Shown here: positions 20,954-29,673 of the stretch, in pieces
Layout: every line of letters begins with the position of its first letter
How positions within the stretch are numbered: position 1 is the first letter of the stretch
DNA from: an uncultured virus (IMG/VR IMGVR_UViG_3300042868_013692)
Taxonomy: Duplodnaviria > Heunggongvirae > Uroviricota > Caudoviricetes
IMG/VR virus record: IMGVR_UViG_3300042868_013692
DNA length: 64,000 nt
Strand: one strand, 5' to 3'
Notes under the pieces: generated by a model
Database searches by the model: none
What the model saw: the letters and a program-made list of their open reading frames with translations, nothing else
What the model was told of the DNA's origin: nothing
Program-made: the position numbers and the translations under genes

Positions 20954-21010
20954 AGTTTTAGTGGAGGGAGCGAGAGGGTATACACTTGACCTTCTCTCTA
21001 CTGCCAACAA

Positions 21011-21082
21011 GTCCCTGTCGAACATTGGTTAGTTCACTAGGTTTTCATCCTAGCAAAGAGAGTTCGATCCTCTCCAGGGATA
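21011..21082 (+). tRNA. tRNA-Glu(TTC)
   Basis: GTCCCTG...CAGGGAT-A; anticodon arm CTAGG-TTTTCAT-CCTAG; T arm GAGAG-TTCGATC-CTCTC. Confidence 0.9.
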
Positions 21083-21240
21083 CTTCTCGTATAACGAAAA
21101 ACAGCACTACACTGAAGTTGTGTGGCTCCATGCCAGCAGCCAATGTAGACACAGAATGGCAAAGCTGTGAACAGAATAAAGCCCGGTAGTTTTCTCACCC
21201 TAGCAGCAATGCCTGAACAACTAGGAGTTTAACGTTAGCA

Positions 21241-21266
21241 TCCTTTGTGGTGTAAGGGAAAGCACA
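21241..21266 (+). pseudogene. 5' tRNA fragment (acceptor strand plus D arm) abutting tRNA-Asp
   Basis: TCCTTTG-TG-GTGTAAGGGAAAGCAC-A with no anticodon or T arm. Confidence 0.5.
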
Positions 21267-21337
21267 GGGGCTATAGGTTAATGGTAAACCCTAAGATTGT
21301 CGATCTTAAGTTGGGAGTTCGATCCTCCCTAGCCTCG
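21267..21337 (+). tRNA. tRNA-Asp(GTC)
   Basis: GGGGCTA...TAGCCTC-G; TAAGA-TTGTCGA-TCTTA; GGGAG-TTCGATC-CTCCC. Confidence 0.9.
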
Positions 21338-21358
21338 TTCTAGTTAGCTAGAAGTCAT

Positions 21359-21432
21359 TCCCCTGTAGCTCAGTTGGTTAGAGCGCGAAACTGTTAATTT
21401 CGATGCCGCACGTTCGAGTCGTGCCGGGGGAG
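21359..21432 (+). tRNA. tRNA-Asn(GTT)
   Basis: TCCCCTG...CGGGGGA-G; CGAAA-CTGTTAA-TTTCG; GCACG-TTCGAGT-CGTGC. Confidence 0.93.
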
Positions 21433-21454
21433 TTTTAAACCTAGGCTGGTATTA

Positions 21455-21634
21455 ATGCAAGAACAAGAAGAAACCATTAAAGGAACTGTACATCTCAAAG
21501 ATGGTAGCGTTGCCAGAATTGATATTGACTACCTGGCAGAGTTCTTGGAAACTAACAAAGACAATATTGTTGTGAGAAAGTTCATACGACGTGGATCAGT
21601 TAGAGGGGACTTAAACACCCTAAAACTAGACTAG
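21455..21634 (+). CDS. 59-aa hypothetical protein (below the ORF-track cutoff)
   Basis: MQEQEETIKGTVHLKDGSVARIDIDYLAEFLE... Confidence 0.55.
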   Translation: MQEQEETIKGTVHLKDGSVARIDIDYLAEFLETNKDNIVVRKFIRRGSVRGDLNTLKLD

Positions 21635-21969
21635 AAGTAATCATCTCCACTCCAGCTTCCACCATCATTTCTACTAGTACCCCAGCCTTTATAAGCTGTC
21701 TTTATCTGTGCAGCTAGTTCACGCCCAGCTCCTCCAAAAGCTATATCAGAGTTAGCATCACCTGGACTCATTCTAGCCTCTCTACTCTCAGTTCTTATAG
21801 CTGTGCCAGGTATAGCTGCGCTTAAGTCGCTCATTAAGTGCCAGGCTACCACCGCTACTGCATCACAGATGTCTTTAGAATTATGAACAATGATACCAGC
21901 AGCTAAAGCAAAGTTATCCCACTCATCAACCTCAAGATCATAAGATAACCCTAGACCAAGGTATTGACT
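21631..21969 (-). pseudogene. 3' fragment of an intein-containing gene, probably a foreign terminase large subunit
   Basis: Open frame SQYLGLGLSYDLEVDEWDNFALAAGIIVHN|SKDICDAVAVVAWHL: intein C-terminal HN-Ser junction plus an SKDxxDAV motif. Confidence 0.75.
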
Positions 21970-22314
21970 TCACGAAAGCCAATATTCATTGTGGGCAAAA
22001 CCTAGTATTTTTTGGCTACAACGAAAGCTATCTTCGAGAGAAGCTAGAGTGCATTTACGGCACTTCATTAGCCAAGAAGATTATTCCAGAAAGCGATCGC
22101 GCACAAGGAGAATAGCGATATACCGAGGATTGTGAAATACTGAATCTGCCTTGGGTAGTAATCAACAAAAACTCATTTGATATCGTTAGCAAAATAGGAT
22201 ACGAGCCTATTGAATGGTATATTTAGTCAATGTAAATACGCGCTACATTTAATTAAATATAGCGGGTATTTACATAAAAATATAGCAAATATAAACTGCG
22301 TTGATTGATGTAAA

Positions 22315-22899
22315 TTACAAAAGAATAAAATCCTTGGGTTTTAACCCCTCTACTAAATTTTCTTTTATCCAATCAGGCAAGCCCTCTGGATACATATCTA
22401 GAATGTTTCTAAATGTAAACCCAATAACACCAAAGCTACCACCTTTTGCTGCATCTATCCCCGCTCTTATGCAACAATGAACTGGACTTGACCAATCCGA
22501 CACTATCCTTTCTTTGAGGCTGTCATACTCCTCCTCGCTCATAGAGTCTCCGTATTTATCTATAACCTTTTTCTGGCTTCTGTTGGCGTGTTCGTATGGA
22601 CTCCAATATATGTCCTGCTCAATACATTCACTCAATACTGTGGAGAGATAAACGGGGTATTCTGGCTTATCTTTGTTATACCTCTTCCATGTGTATATTT
22701 TATCGTTCGGGGAATATGGCAAAACATTATCCCAGGATTCGTAGAGGCTCAAGTCATCGTGGATGGTTTCAAAAACAGCGTTGATGCTGCTAATTATCCA
22801 CTCTAAGGACGGTCTTTGTGAGTGGCGATAACAGGTTTTAGCCATTCTCAAAGAAAAATCAATCCATCTTTGATTTTTGATTTCTGTTTTTGTGTTCAT
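22315..22899 (-). CDS. hypothetical protein
   Basis: ~194-aa ORF. Confidence 0.75.
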   Translation of the reverse strand: MNTKTEIKNQRWIDFSLRMAKTCYRHSQRPSLEWIISSINAVFETIHDDLSLYESWDNVLPYSPNDKIYTWKRYNKDKPEYPVYLSTVLSECIEQDIYWSPYEHANRSQKKVIDKYGDSMSEEEYDSLKERIVSDWSSPVHCCIRAGIDAAKGGSFGVIGFTFRNILDMYPEGLPDWIKENLVEGLKPKDFILL

Positions 22900-23263
22900 A
22901 TTTTTTGTTATTTGCACATAAATTTAATCACTAAAGTTCTGTATGTCTGACTTATGTTTGGGACATCTGAGAAATCCCCAAGTCTTGAAGACTAAAAACC
23001 ATCAAAAAAAAGTTTACTGATTAGCAGAATGTGATTCACAAAGGTTGTGAATCCCCTCAGTGTCTCCGGCTTCTTCTAAGGTATTCATCTGTGTCCAAAA
23101 GTCGTCAGACCGCTTTATAGCCTCTTGGGTTTGGGGTGGCAATTCAGAAACTAGGACTTCCTCATCTCTACCCCAAACAGACACAAATTCCGTTCTTACA
23201 ATTTTAGCCCTTTTGTTTTCTCCTTCTTGTTGATTTTTTATAGTGAACCATTGGCTTTGCAGA

Positions 23264-23515
23264 CTAATAACTATCCAGTCCCATAACCTTCTTTTTTGGT
23301 TCTGGTCTTTCTGTTTTCCATTTTTTGATGCTGGTTTCGTAGAATTTTTGTCGAGGATTACTGTTCCAGGATGCTATCACGAAACCTATTTCAAGGTTGA
23401 CTTCTAATATCCTGACTCTGTATAATGCGCGAATACTTAATTCAGTGTTTCCAAGTTTTTGAGTTTCGACGCTGTAAACAAGCTGTCCTGGTTTTAGTTT
23501 TTTAATGTCTGCCAT
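23264..23515 (-). CDS. small hypothetical protein
   Basis: 83 aa, directly behind a conserved promoter. Confidence 0.75.
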   Translation of the reverse strand: MADIKKLKPGQLVYSVETQKLGNTELSIRALYRVRILEVNLEIGFVIASWNSNPRQKFYETSIKKWKTERPEPKKKVMGLDSY

Positions 23516-23548
23516 GTTAGTTGATTTTTGTTTTTTCTTTATTCTTGT

Positions 23549-23577
23549 ATAATACTATGGTTAACAAAGAAAGTCAA
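23549..23577 (-). promoter_or_regulatory. conserved phage promoter
   Basis: TTGACT-TTCTTTGTTAACCATAG-TATTAT. Confidence 0.8.
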
Positions 23578-23645
23578 CTACATTTTTTTAATTTTTTCTG
23601 TGGATCTTTAAGCTAAATCCACAGATTCACGGCTAAATCAAATTT

Positions 23646-24155
23646 TTAGAAGCCATCAATATGGCTGCGGCACAAAGCCCAGTCAATAATATCGGTGTGA
23701 TTAAACGCGAGTTTTTCCTGCTTCCATCCATTCCTAGTTACTTCCATCCACTTAACTTCTGTGACCTCAGAGCTAGTTTTTAGTTCTGGGAGTTCTTCTA
23801 CCTTGCAATTAACAATAAATCGCAGCGATACCGTCTCGTTTTCGCTCGGATTGGGGTCAGACATAACCGCATCTGGCTGAGGATTTCTATTGAAACAAAA
23901 ATCAGACAATTTTATGCCTAATTCCTCAAGAACCTCTCTTTCAGCAGCTTCATAAGCAGACTCGCCCCAATCTAGAAAACCGCAAGGAATACCCCAGTGT
24001 TCTGGATATAAATTTAATTCTTTTGAGCGTTTACCGAGTGGCACATAGGTCAACCCTTCGCACTTAAACAATGGGATAACCACCACCGCTACGCTGCGGG
24101 ATATCCAGTAATTTTTGCCGTCTTCGCCTTTGATTTGAAAATTTGGAGTTGACAT
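23646..24155 (-). CDS. Nudix hydrolase
   Basis: Nudix box GFLDWGESAYEAAEREVLEELGI; LAFNH. Confidence 0.92.
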   Translation of the reverse strand: MSTPNFQIKGEDGKNYWISRSVAVVVIPLFKCEGLTYVPLGKRSKELNLYPEHWGIPCGFLDWGESAYEAAEREVLEELGIKLSDFCFNRNPQPDAVMSDPNPSENETVSLRFIVNCKVEELPELKTSSEVTEVKWMEVTRNGWKQEKLAFNHTDIIDWALCRSHIDGF

Positions 24156-24221
24156 ACATGAACAATTAAATTAACTATCTCGCCTTAATTTTAATAGTAT
24201 GCATCTAATTCTATATTTGCA

Positions 24222-24656
24222 TCAAAATACAATCCCCCACAAAAACAGAATAAGATAATTTATTCTTAATCGCCAAGCAGTAAACCAATGTTGATGATTA
24301 TCAATTCCCCCGCGCTGTATCCAGATTTTATGATAATGCAATGACCTGCGGCTTTTGCTAGTTCCATAACTATTTTGATGACACTCTTTGCAAATGGGAA
24401 CAATATCAAACCCTGGAATCTCAAAACCAGAAATTGATTTCACTGGCAAGTTCAGCAGCAACAACCCCAGCGTTCTCCTTAATAGCGATCGCCTGTAATG
24501 GAGATGGTGAACTATCTGTGCATCCCCATGAAAAGGGTTATTAGTGCAAAGCGGCTGCATTTTAGTTGTGTGCTTTACCTTCGAGTGCCAATTCTCGCTA
24601 TATTTAAAGTGTTCCTGCTTTTTGCTCCCTCGCGCATTTGTTGTTTCTCGTTTCAC
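24222..24656 (-). CDS. HNH-like endonuclease
   Basis: IVHHLHY...IVPICKECHQ. Confidence 0.7.
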   Translation of the reverse strand: MKRETTNARGSKKQEHFKYSENWHSKVKHTTKMQPLCTNNPFHGDAQIVHHLHYRRSLLRRTLGLLLLNLPVKSISGFEIPGFDIVPICKECHQNSYGTSKSRRSLHYHKIWIQRGGIDNHQHWFTAWRLRINYLILFLWGIVF

Positions 24657-24748
24657 AATATTTACCCTACATTAATGTTTGATAATTTAATATATCATGT
24701 ATATTGTGAAATTTTAATGATTCTTATATAAAAGCAGCGTCTGGTATG

Positions 24749-25141
24749 CTAGATAAACAGACTAGGATCAACCTTAAAGTGTGCGGACAGAGCCTTTGCT
24801 TGTTTTTTGGAGATGTCGCGCTTACCGCTTAATATTTCTGAAATTACTCCACTGCTAGAACCAGTGATTCTCGCCAAATCTGCTTGACTATTCCCACTAG
24901 AATCCATGATGTGCTTTAGGATTGCTTGGGGAGTTGATTCGTCGTCCATTGGATAGTTTTTTGTCTCATAATCCTCAACAAGAAAAACTACTAACTTGTT
25001 TAACGCCCTTTCTTCGGGTGTTAAATCATTTTTGAATACAAGTCTCTCGGCTATTTTCAGATGTCTTTCGTATTCTTCCTCGGTTTCGATTACTTGGGGC
25101 GCATTCTCTGCCAGTAACTGACTGTATTTTGTGTTGTCCAT
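24749..25141 (-). CDS. higA: HigA-type HTH antitoxin/regulator (orphan)
   Basis: PQVIETEEEY...LVEDYE...SQADLARITGSSSGVISEILSGKRDISKKQAKALSAHF; ATG at 25141. Confidence 0.85.
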   Translation of the reverse strand: MDNTKYSQLLAENAPQVIETEEEYERHLKIAERLVFKNDLTPEERALNKLVVFLVEDYETKNYPMDDESTPQAILKHIMDSSGNSQADLARITGSSSGVISEILSGKRDISKKQAKALSAHFKVDPSLFI

Positions 25142-25275
25142 ATTCTCACCACCAAATTTTATTTTATAGTAAAAAAATAATGACACCCGTTTTTAATAAG
25201 TGTCATTATTTACCAATTGCAAAGTAGTGTCTTAATAATAGCACGATGATACGTTTTACTATTATTGAGGCGTTT

Positions 25276-26004
25276 TTACTCTAAGGTATTACCAGTTAAA
25301 AACGCGATCGCTCTTGATAGATCGTCGGGTTTGTCCGTGAAGAACTCCAACTTGAACTGTCCAGTTTCAGTTGAGACAACGTTGACAGACCCTTTTCTCA
25401 TGGCGTTTTCAGTGTCAATTTCAAATGACATCCCGTCGCCAGAAACATCCGCGTTGGCTGCAATTGCCAAGGACTCAATCGCCGATTTTACTTTCTCAAT
25501 TTTTTCCCAAACTCTATCTCTTTCGGTTTTTGACTCGTCATAGAGGTCAGCGTATTCGGGGAAATATTTATAGATTGCGGATGCGATCACTTTCTCGCCC
25601 CTGCCTAATGCAATCTTGATCGTTTTAACTTTCCGCTTTTTGTCTGCGCCCTTGTCGATGTAATCTGTCAACAGTCTTCCGCAGGGAAGTTTTTCTTCTG
25701 GGGAAATAGTAACTGTAACATCGCCATCTGTTGTAAACGATGGGATTGAAAGCTCAAAAACATACTTTTTAAAAACACGAAACCCTTGTTGTGTCGTGGT
25801 AAAAGCAATTTCAGATTTCCCGCACTGAGTGAGAACCACATTACCTGTAACAACAAATTCAGGATCTACATTTTGCTGGATTTCTTCAGCAATTCTTTTA
25901 ACTAAAAATTCTAGATTATCCGGGTCCAGTCCTAAATCAATACCTTCTTGTCTGGTGTAGATTTGCTCCCAGAGCGGATTTGTTTTTGCGGTTTTAGTTG
26001 CCAT
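25276..26004 (-). CDS. hypothetical protein
   Basis: 242-aa ORF with an A/C-rich leader. Confidence 0.8.
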   Translation of the reverse strand: MATKTAKTNPLWEQIYTRQEGIDLGLDPDNLEFLVKRIAEEIQQNVDPEFVVTGNVVLTQCGKSEIAFTTTQQGFRVFKKYVFELSIPSFTTDGDVTVTISPEEKLPCGRLLTDYIDKGADKKRKVKTIKIALGRGEKVIASAIYKYFPEYADLYDESKTERDRVWEKIEKVKSAIESLAIAANADVSGDGMSFEIDTENAMRKGSVNVVSTETGQFKLEFFTDKPDDLSRAIAFLTGNTLE

Positions 26005-26428
26005 TGTTTTGCGTTTTTAATGTTTTATTGTCTATATATAATATACTATTTTTTAGAAATAAAAGCAAGTCATTTTTTAAAATATTTTACCAATTTTAAA
26101 AAGAAATTACTAAATTCTACAAGGCTGTTTTGCGGATAAAAATTATTTTAGCTTGGGGTTAAACTTTGTGTGCTTCTAGCTTCAATAGATTGTTTTTTAT
26201 TATGCGGCTAAAAGTGCGATGCTTACCAAGGTTTCAAAAAATGTTTCTTTTTTGGTAGCGTTTCATAAAAAATAGGGCGTTCCTCTAAATTTGAAAAAAG
26301 GCTCTCTTGGAAGCAATACCCTCTAAATGCATCTCTAAAGTACATTTTTAATTCGTCACGTGGGGTGCTTATAGGCGATCGCCTATAAGCACAAAAAAAG
26401 ACCCGTCGTAACAACGAGTCTTTCTGAA

Positions 26429-26818
26429 CTAGGTGGTTCGTCTTGCTGGTCTAAGAAGTGCAGATTGATAGGTGGTTCGTCTTGCTGGTCTAAGAAGTGC
26501 AGATTGAAGCGCAGCTTCTTTTTCCGATGAAATCCATCCATCTCTTTCTAGATCAGATAGATCCCTGAAATTCGTGTTGATCACCCACGTTCGATCTGGA
26601 ATGTCGAACGTGGACAATCCTTTTTGCCCAACCATGTCTTGTGACAGGACGAAGAACCCAAACTTCTTCCTCCAAGTCGTCAGTCCACACTTGGACAAAA
26701 CCTCCACTTCCCACCCATTTAATCGGGCTTGCTCTAGTTTGAGGTTTTTATTCCGTTCAAGATCCGCCAACGCGGATTCAACTCGCTGTCTATTAAAATA
26801 GTATTTATTGATTGTCAT
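26429..26818 (-). CDS. hypothetical protein with a 39-bp C-terminal duplication
   Basis: QSALLRPARRTT occurs twice; behind a conserved promoter. Confidence 0.75.
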   Translation of the reverse strand: MTINKYYFNRQRVESALADLERNKNLKLEQARLNGWEVEVLSKCGLTTWRKKFGFFVLSQDMVGQKGLSTFDIPDRTWVINTNFRDLSDLERDGWISSEKEAALQSALLRPARRTTYQSALLRPARRTT

Positions 26819-26860
26819 TTTTTCTCGCTTGTTTTGTGTTTTGTTTTTTCTACTTCACTT

Positions 26861-26889
26861 ATAATACTGTGGTTAACAAATAAAGTCAA
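26861..26889 (-). promoter_or_regulatory. conserved phage promoter
   Basis: TTGACT-TTATTTGTTAACCACAG-TATTAT. Confidence 0.8.
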
Positions 26890-26912
26890 GCGGTATTTGA
26901 AAATCATTTTGT

Positions 26913-27403
26913 ATATTACAGGCGTATTACAGGTTTTTTATCTAGGTGCGTACTTGCATAATATTTTTATAAAAAAGGAAAAAATATTTGGGAAGATGTG
27001 CATTGTTTCTTTAAGGAAATGCCATTTTTATTTCACATCTTCCCTTGACTTTGGTACGCTCACTATGATATAATCCGCCCCAAATTTTTAACAGTAAAAT
27101 AGGGGTTTGAGGCGTGTTACAAGATTTTAGTTTTATGGGGCATTATCCAAAACTGGGAACGAATATCCGCTTTATGATTTTGGGAATGTCTCCCCGCAGC
27201 CGACCCAAAGACAGAAGCCTTGTTATGTGGGGATTACAATATGTTTTTGTAACAAGACTGGGCATCCGTCGGGCTTTTTTGCCGATGGTGCTGGGCGTTG
27301 ACGTGGTGTGAGTACAAATGCTCGTTTTATAATTTTGGTGCGGCTGCGGGGGAAATATCGCTAAAACACAAAAGCCTTGCTGTGGCTAGATTGCAATATG
27401 TTC
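26913..27403 (+). repeat. dispersed element copy 3 (most divergent): leader plus about 1.5 units, first core inverted
   Basis: GGGAAGATGTG...CACATCTTCCC; TTGACT-18-TATAAT; CCCCGCAGCCGAC at 27192 versus CGGCTGCGGG at 27341. Confidence 0.9.
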
Positions 27404-27561
27404 TACCGACAAAAAACCCCAACTTCTGCCTGTGAATGCAGCTTTGTTTGTTGTTTTGATAATTTCATTTTGCTTGTTTTTTGTGTTTAAAGTTTGTCAA
27501 CTATAAACACAAAAGTAGCGTGTGATAGTTGATTATTTTATGTTTTAAACCAAACTTTATT

Positions 27562-28002
27562 TTATCTGTTTTTCAGATAAAATTCTATAGATTCATCTCC
27601 TTGAATGGGTATGCCGTGCTTGTGAATATTTTTTTGAACTTTTCTTAGTTCGCTCAAATATTCTGGATAGTAGCGCAGATAGTTAAATAACTTACTATCA
27701 TCGTATATTACCGACAAAGGAACTGATTGATCAGAATCACAAATGCTATTAAAAATTGGACTGTAACAATAGGGGTTTTTAGTTAATAAAACCTCGTACA
27801 CCCAAAGCAGGGTGTCATAATTTTGTATCACTTTATTGTTGTCAGTAACATGAATGTCGAAAGATGGCGTGTTTTTAATTATTTTTTCAAGCAAATGCTC
27901 TCCTGTGGTTACAGTATTCTTGTTTTCGGGATGTCTTTCTAGGGAATCAAAAAGACTTATTAATTCTCTCAATTCGTAGGCTGTTAGCTTTGTTAGTTTC
28001 AT
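27562..28002 (-). CDS. hypothetical protein
   Basis: ORF; ATG at 28002 after an A/C-rich leader. Confidence 0.7.
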   Translation of the reverse strand: MKLTKLTAYELRELISLFDSLERHPENKNTVTTGEHLLEKIIKNTPSFDIHVTDNNKVIQNYDTLLWVYEVLLTKNPYCYSPIFNSICDSDQSVPLSVIYDDSKLFNYLRYYPEYLSELRKVQKNIHKHGIPIQGDESIEFYLKNR

Positions 28003-28056
28003 TTTTGGTTTGGGGTTTTTATTATGTTTGTGCAATGCTACGGCTAAAAAATAAAT

Positions 28057-28305
28057 TTAACCGCTGTTTTTATTTCCAATCAGACCAGAAGAAATCGTCA
28101 TACTTGCCAGTCCCAGCTTCGTATGGAACAAAAACGGAATTGCTCTCTTTAATAAATTCTGGAAACCAAGCTGATTCATTCCTTGCTTAACGCATTGATC
28201 ATTAGCAGCATAAAATGTAAATGGCGTGTAGCCATTCAAGCAGTCTAATAAATCGGAAACAAAATCATTAGTTGGGCTTTTTCTTTTGATTGAAATTAGT
28301 TCCAT
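28057..28305 (-). CDS. hypothetical protein
   Basis: 82-aa ORF with an A/C-rich leader. Confidence 0.6.
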   Translation of the reverse strand: MELISIKRKSPTNDFVSDLLDCLNGYTPFTFYAANDQCVKQGMNQLGFQNLLKRAIPFLFHTKLGLASMTISSGLIGNKNSG

Positions 28306-28393
28306 TTTTGTTTGTTTTTTGGTTTGAGTATTTATCTCTTTGTTTAGTAAGCAATACAGTAACTCATTAGTTATTGTATTGCTTAATTGCTGC

Positions 28394-28612
28394 CTACTTT
28401 TGAGGTCTAAAGTCTTCGCTTTGTTTCCTAAGTTCGGCTATTAGCTCGACAGACTCGTTAACATAAAAAGCTACTGGTTCTGCAACTCCAGCTACATACA
28501 CAAACAAAATTTCCGTCCTTATTTCCCACATTACTATAGATTTAATTCGGATTCCATACTCGGCAGTGTGGTTCTTTTCGGTGGTTTCCAGATTTGCAAA
28601 TGGCTTAGTCAT
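28394..28612 (-). CDS. hypothetical protein
   Basis: 72 aa, behind a conserved promoter. Confidence 0.7.
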   Translation of the reverse strand: MTKPFANLETTEKNHTAEYGIRIKSIVMWEIRTEILFVYVAGVAEPVAFYVNESVELIAELRKQSEDFRPQK

Positions 28613-28656
28613 CTTTTTCTCGCTTGTTTTGTATTTTGTTTTTCTTTACTGAATAT

Positions 28657-28685
28657 ATATTACTATGGTTAACAAATAAAGTCAA
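28657..28685 (-). promoter_or_regulatory. conserved phage promoter
   Basis: TTGACT-TTATTTGTTAACCATAG-TAATAT. Confidence 0.8.
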
Positions 28686-28706
28686 GCGCATTTTTGATTT
28701 ATTTTT

Positions 28707-29590
28707 ATATTACAAACGTATTACAGAAATTTTGGATATAGGTGCGTACTTGCATAATTTTTTGATTTTAATCAAAAATAAAATTGGGAAGATGATCACT
28801 TTCTTATAGGAAACTGCCCTTTTTTCTTTGTATCTTCCCTTTACTTTTGACACACCTTATGTTATAATCCGCCACAGATTTTTTAACGAGAGAATGCGGG
28901 TTTGAGGCGTGTTACAAGATTTTGATTTTATCGACGTTAGTCCAGGCTGAGAACGAATGTCTGTTTTGCCGGTTTGGAGACGGCTGCGGGGGAATATTGC
29001 CAAAACACAAAACCCTTGCTGTGCGGATATTGCAATATGTTTTTTGTCGCCAAGGCTGGACAGATTTTAGGTTTTTAGCTGGTGGCACGGGCGTTGTCAG
29101 GGTGTTGGTGCAAATGGTTGGTTTATGACTTTGAGGACGGCTGCGGGGGAGCGATCGCTAAAAACACAAAACCCTTGCTGTGCGGATATTGCAATATGTT
29201 TTTTGTCGCCAAGGCTGGACAGATTTTAGGTTTTTAGCTGGTGGCACGGGCGTTGTTAGGGCATTGGTGCAAATGGTTGGTTTGCGGCTTGGGGGACGGC
29301 TGCGGGGGAGCGATCGCTAAAAACACAAAACCCTTGCTGTGCGGATATTGCAATATGTTTTTATCGCCAAGACTGGGCAGATTTTAGGTTTTTAGCTGGT
29401 GGCACGGGCGTTGTTAGGGCGTTGGTGCAAATGGTTGGTTTGCGGCTTGGGGGACGGCTGCGGGGGAATATTGCCAAAAACACGAAACCCTTGCTGTGCG
29501 GGGATTACAATATGTTTTTGTCGCCAAGGGTGGCATCCGTCGGGCTTTTTTACCGATGGTGCTGGGCGTTGACGTGGTGTGAGTACAAAT
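28707..29590 (+). repeat. dispersed element copy 4: leader plus 4 tandem units
   Basis: CGGCTGCGGG at 28981, 29138, 29297 and 29455 (periods 157, 159, 158). Confidence 0.95.
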
Positions 29591-29673
29591 CTACGGCTAA
29601 CAACAAAAGTCAACCCTTGTTTTATTTTTTAATGCAGTAATTAAGCTTTTACTGCATTACTTGATTGATTGGT

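Noticed and set aside
21100..21235. Self-cleaving ribozyme in the tRNA spacer
   Set aside because: No hammerhead CUGANGA/GAAA core or convincing twister or pistol consensus visible by eye
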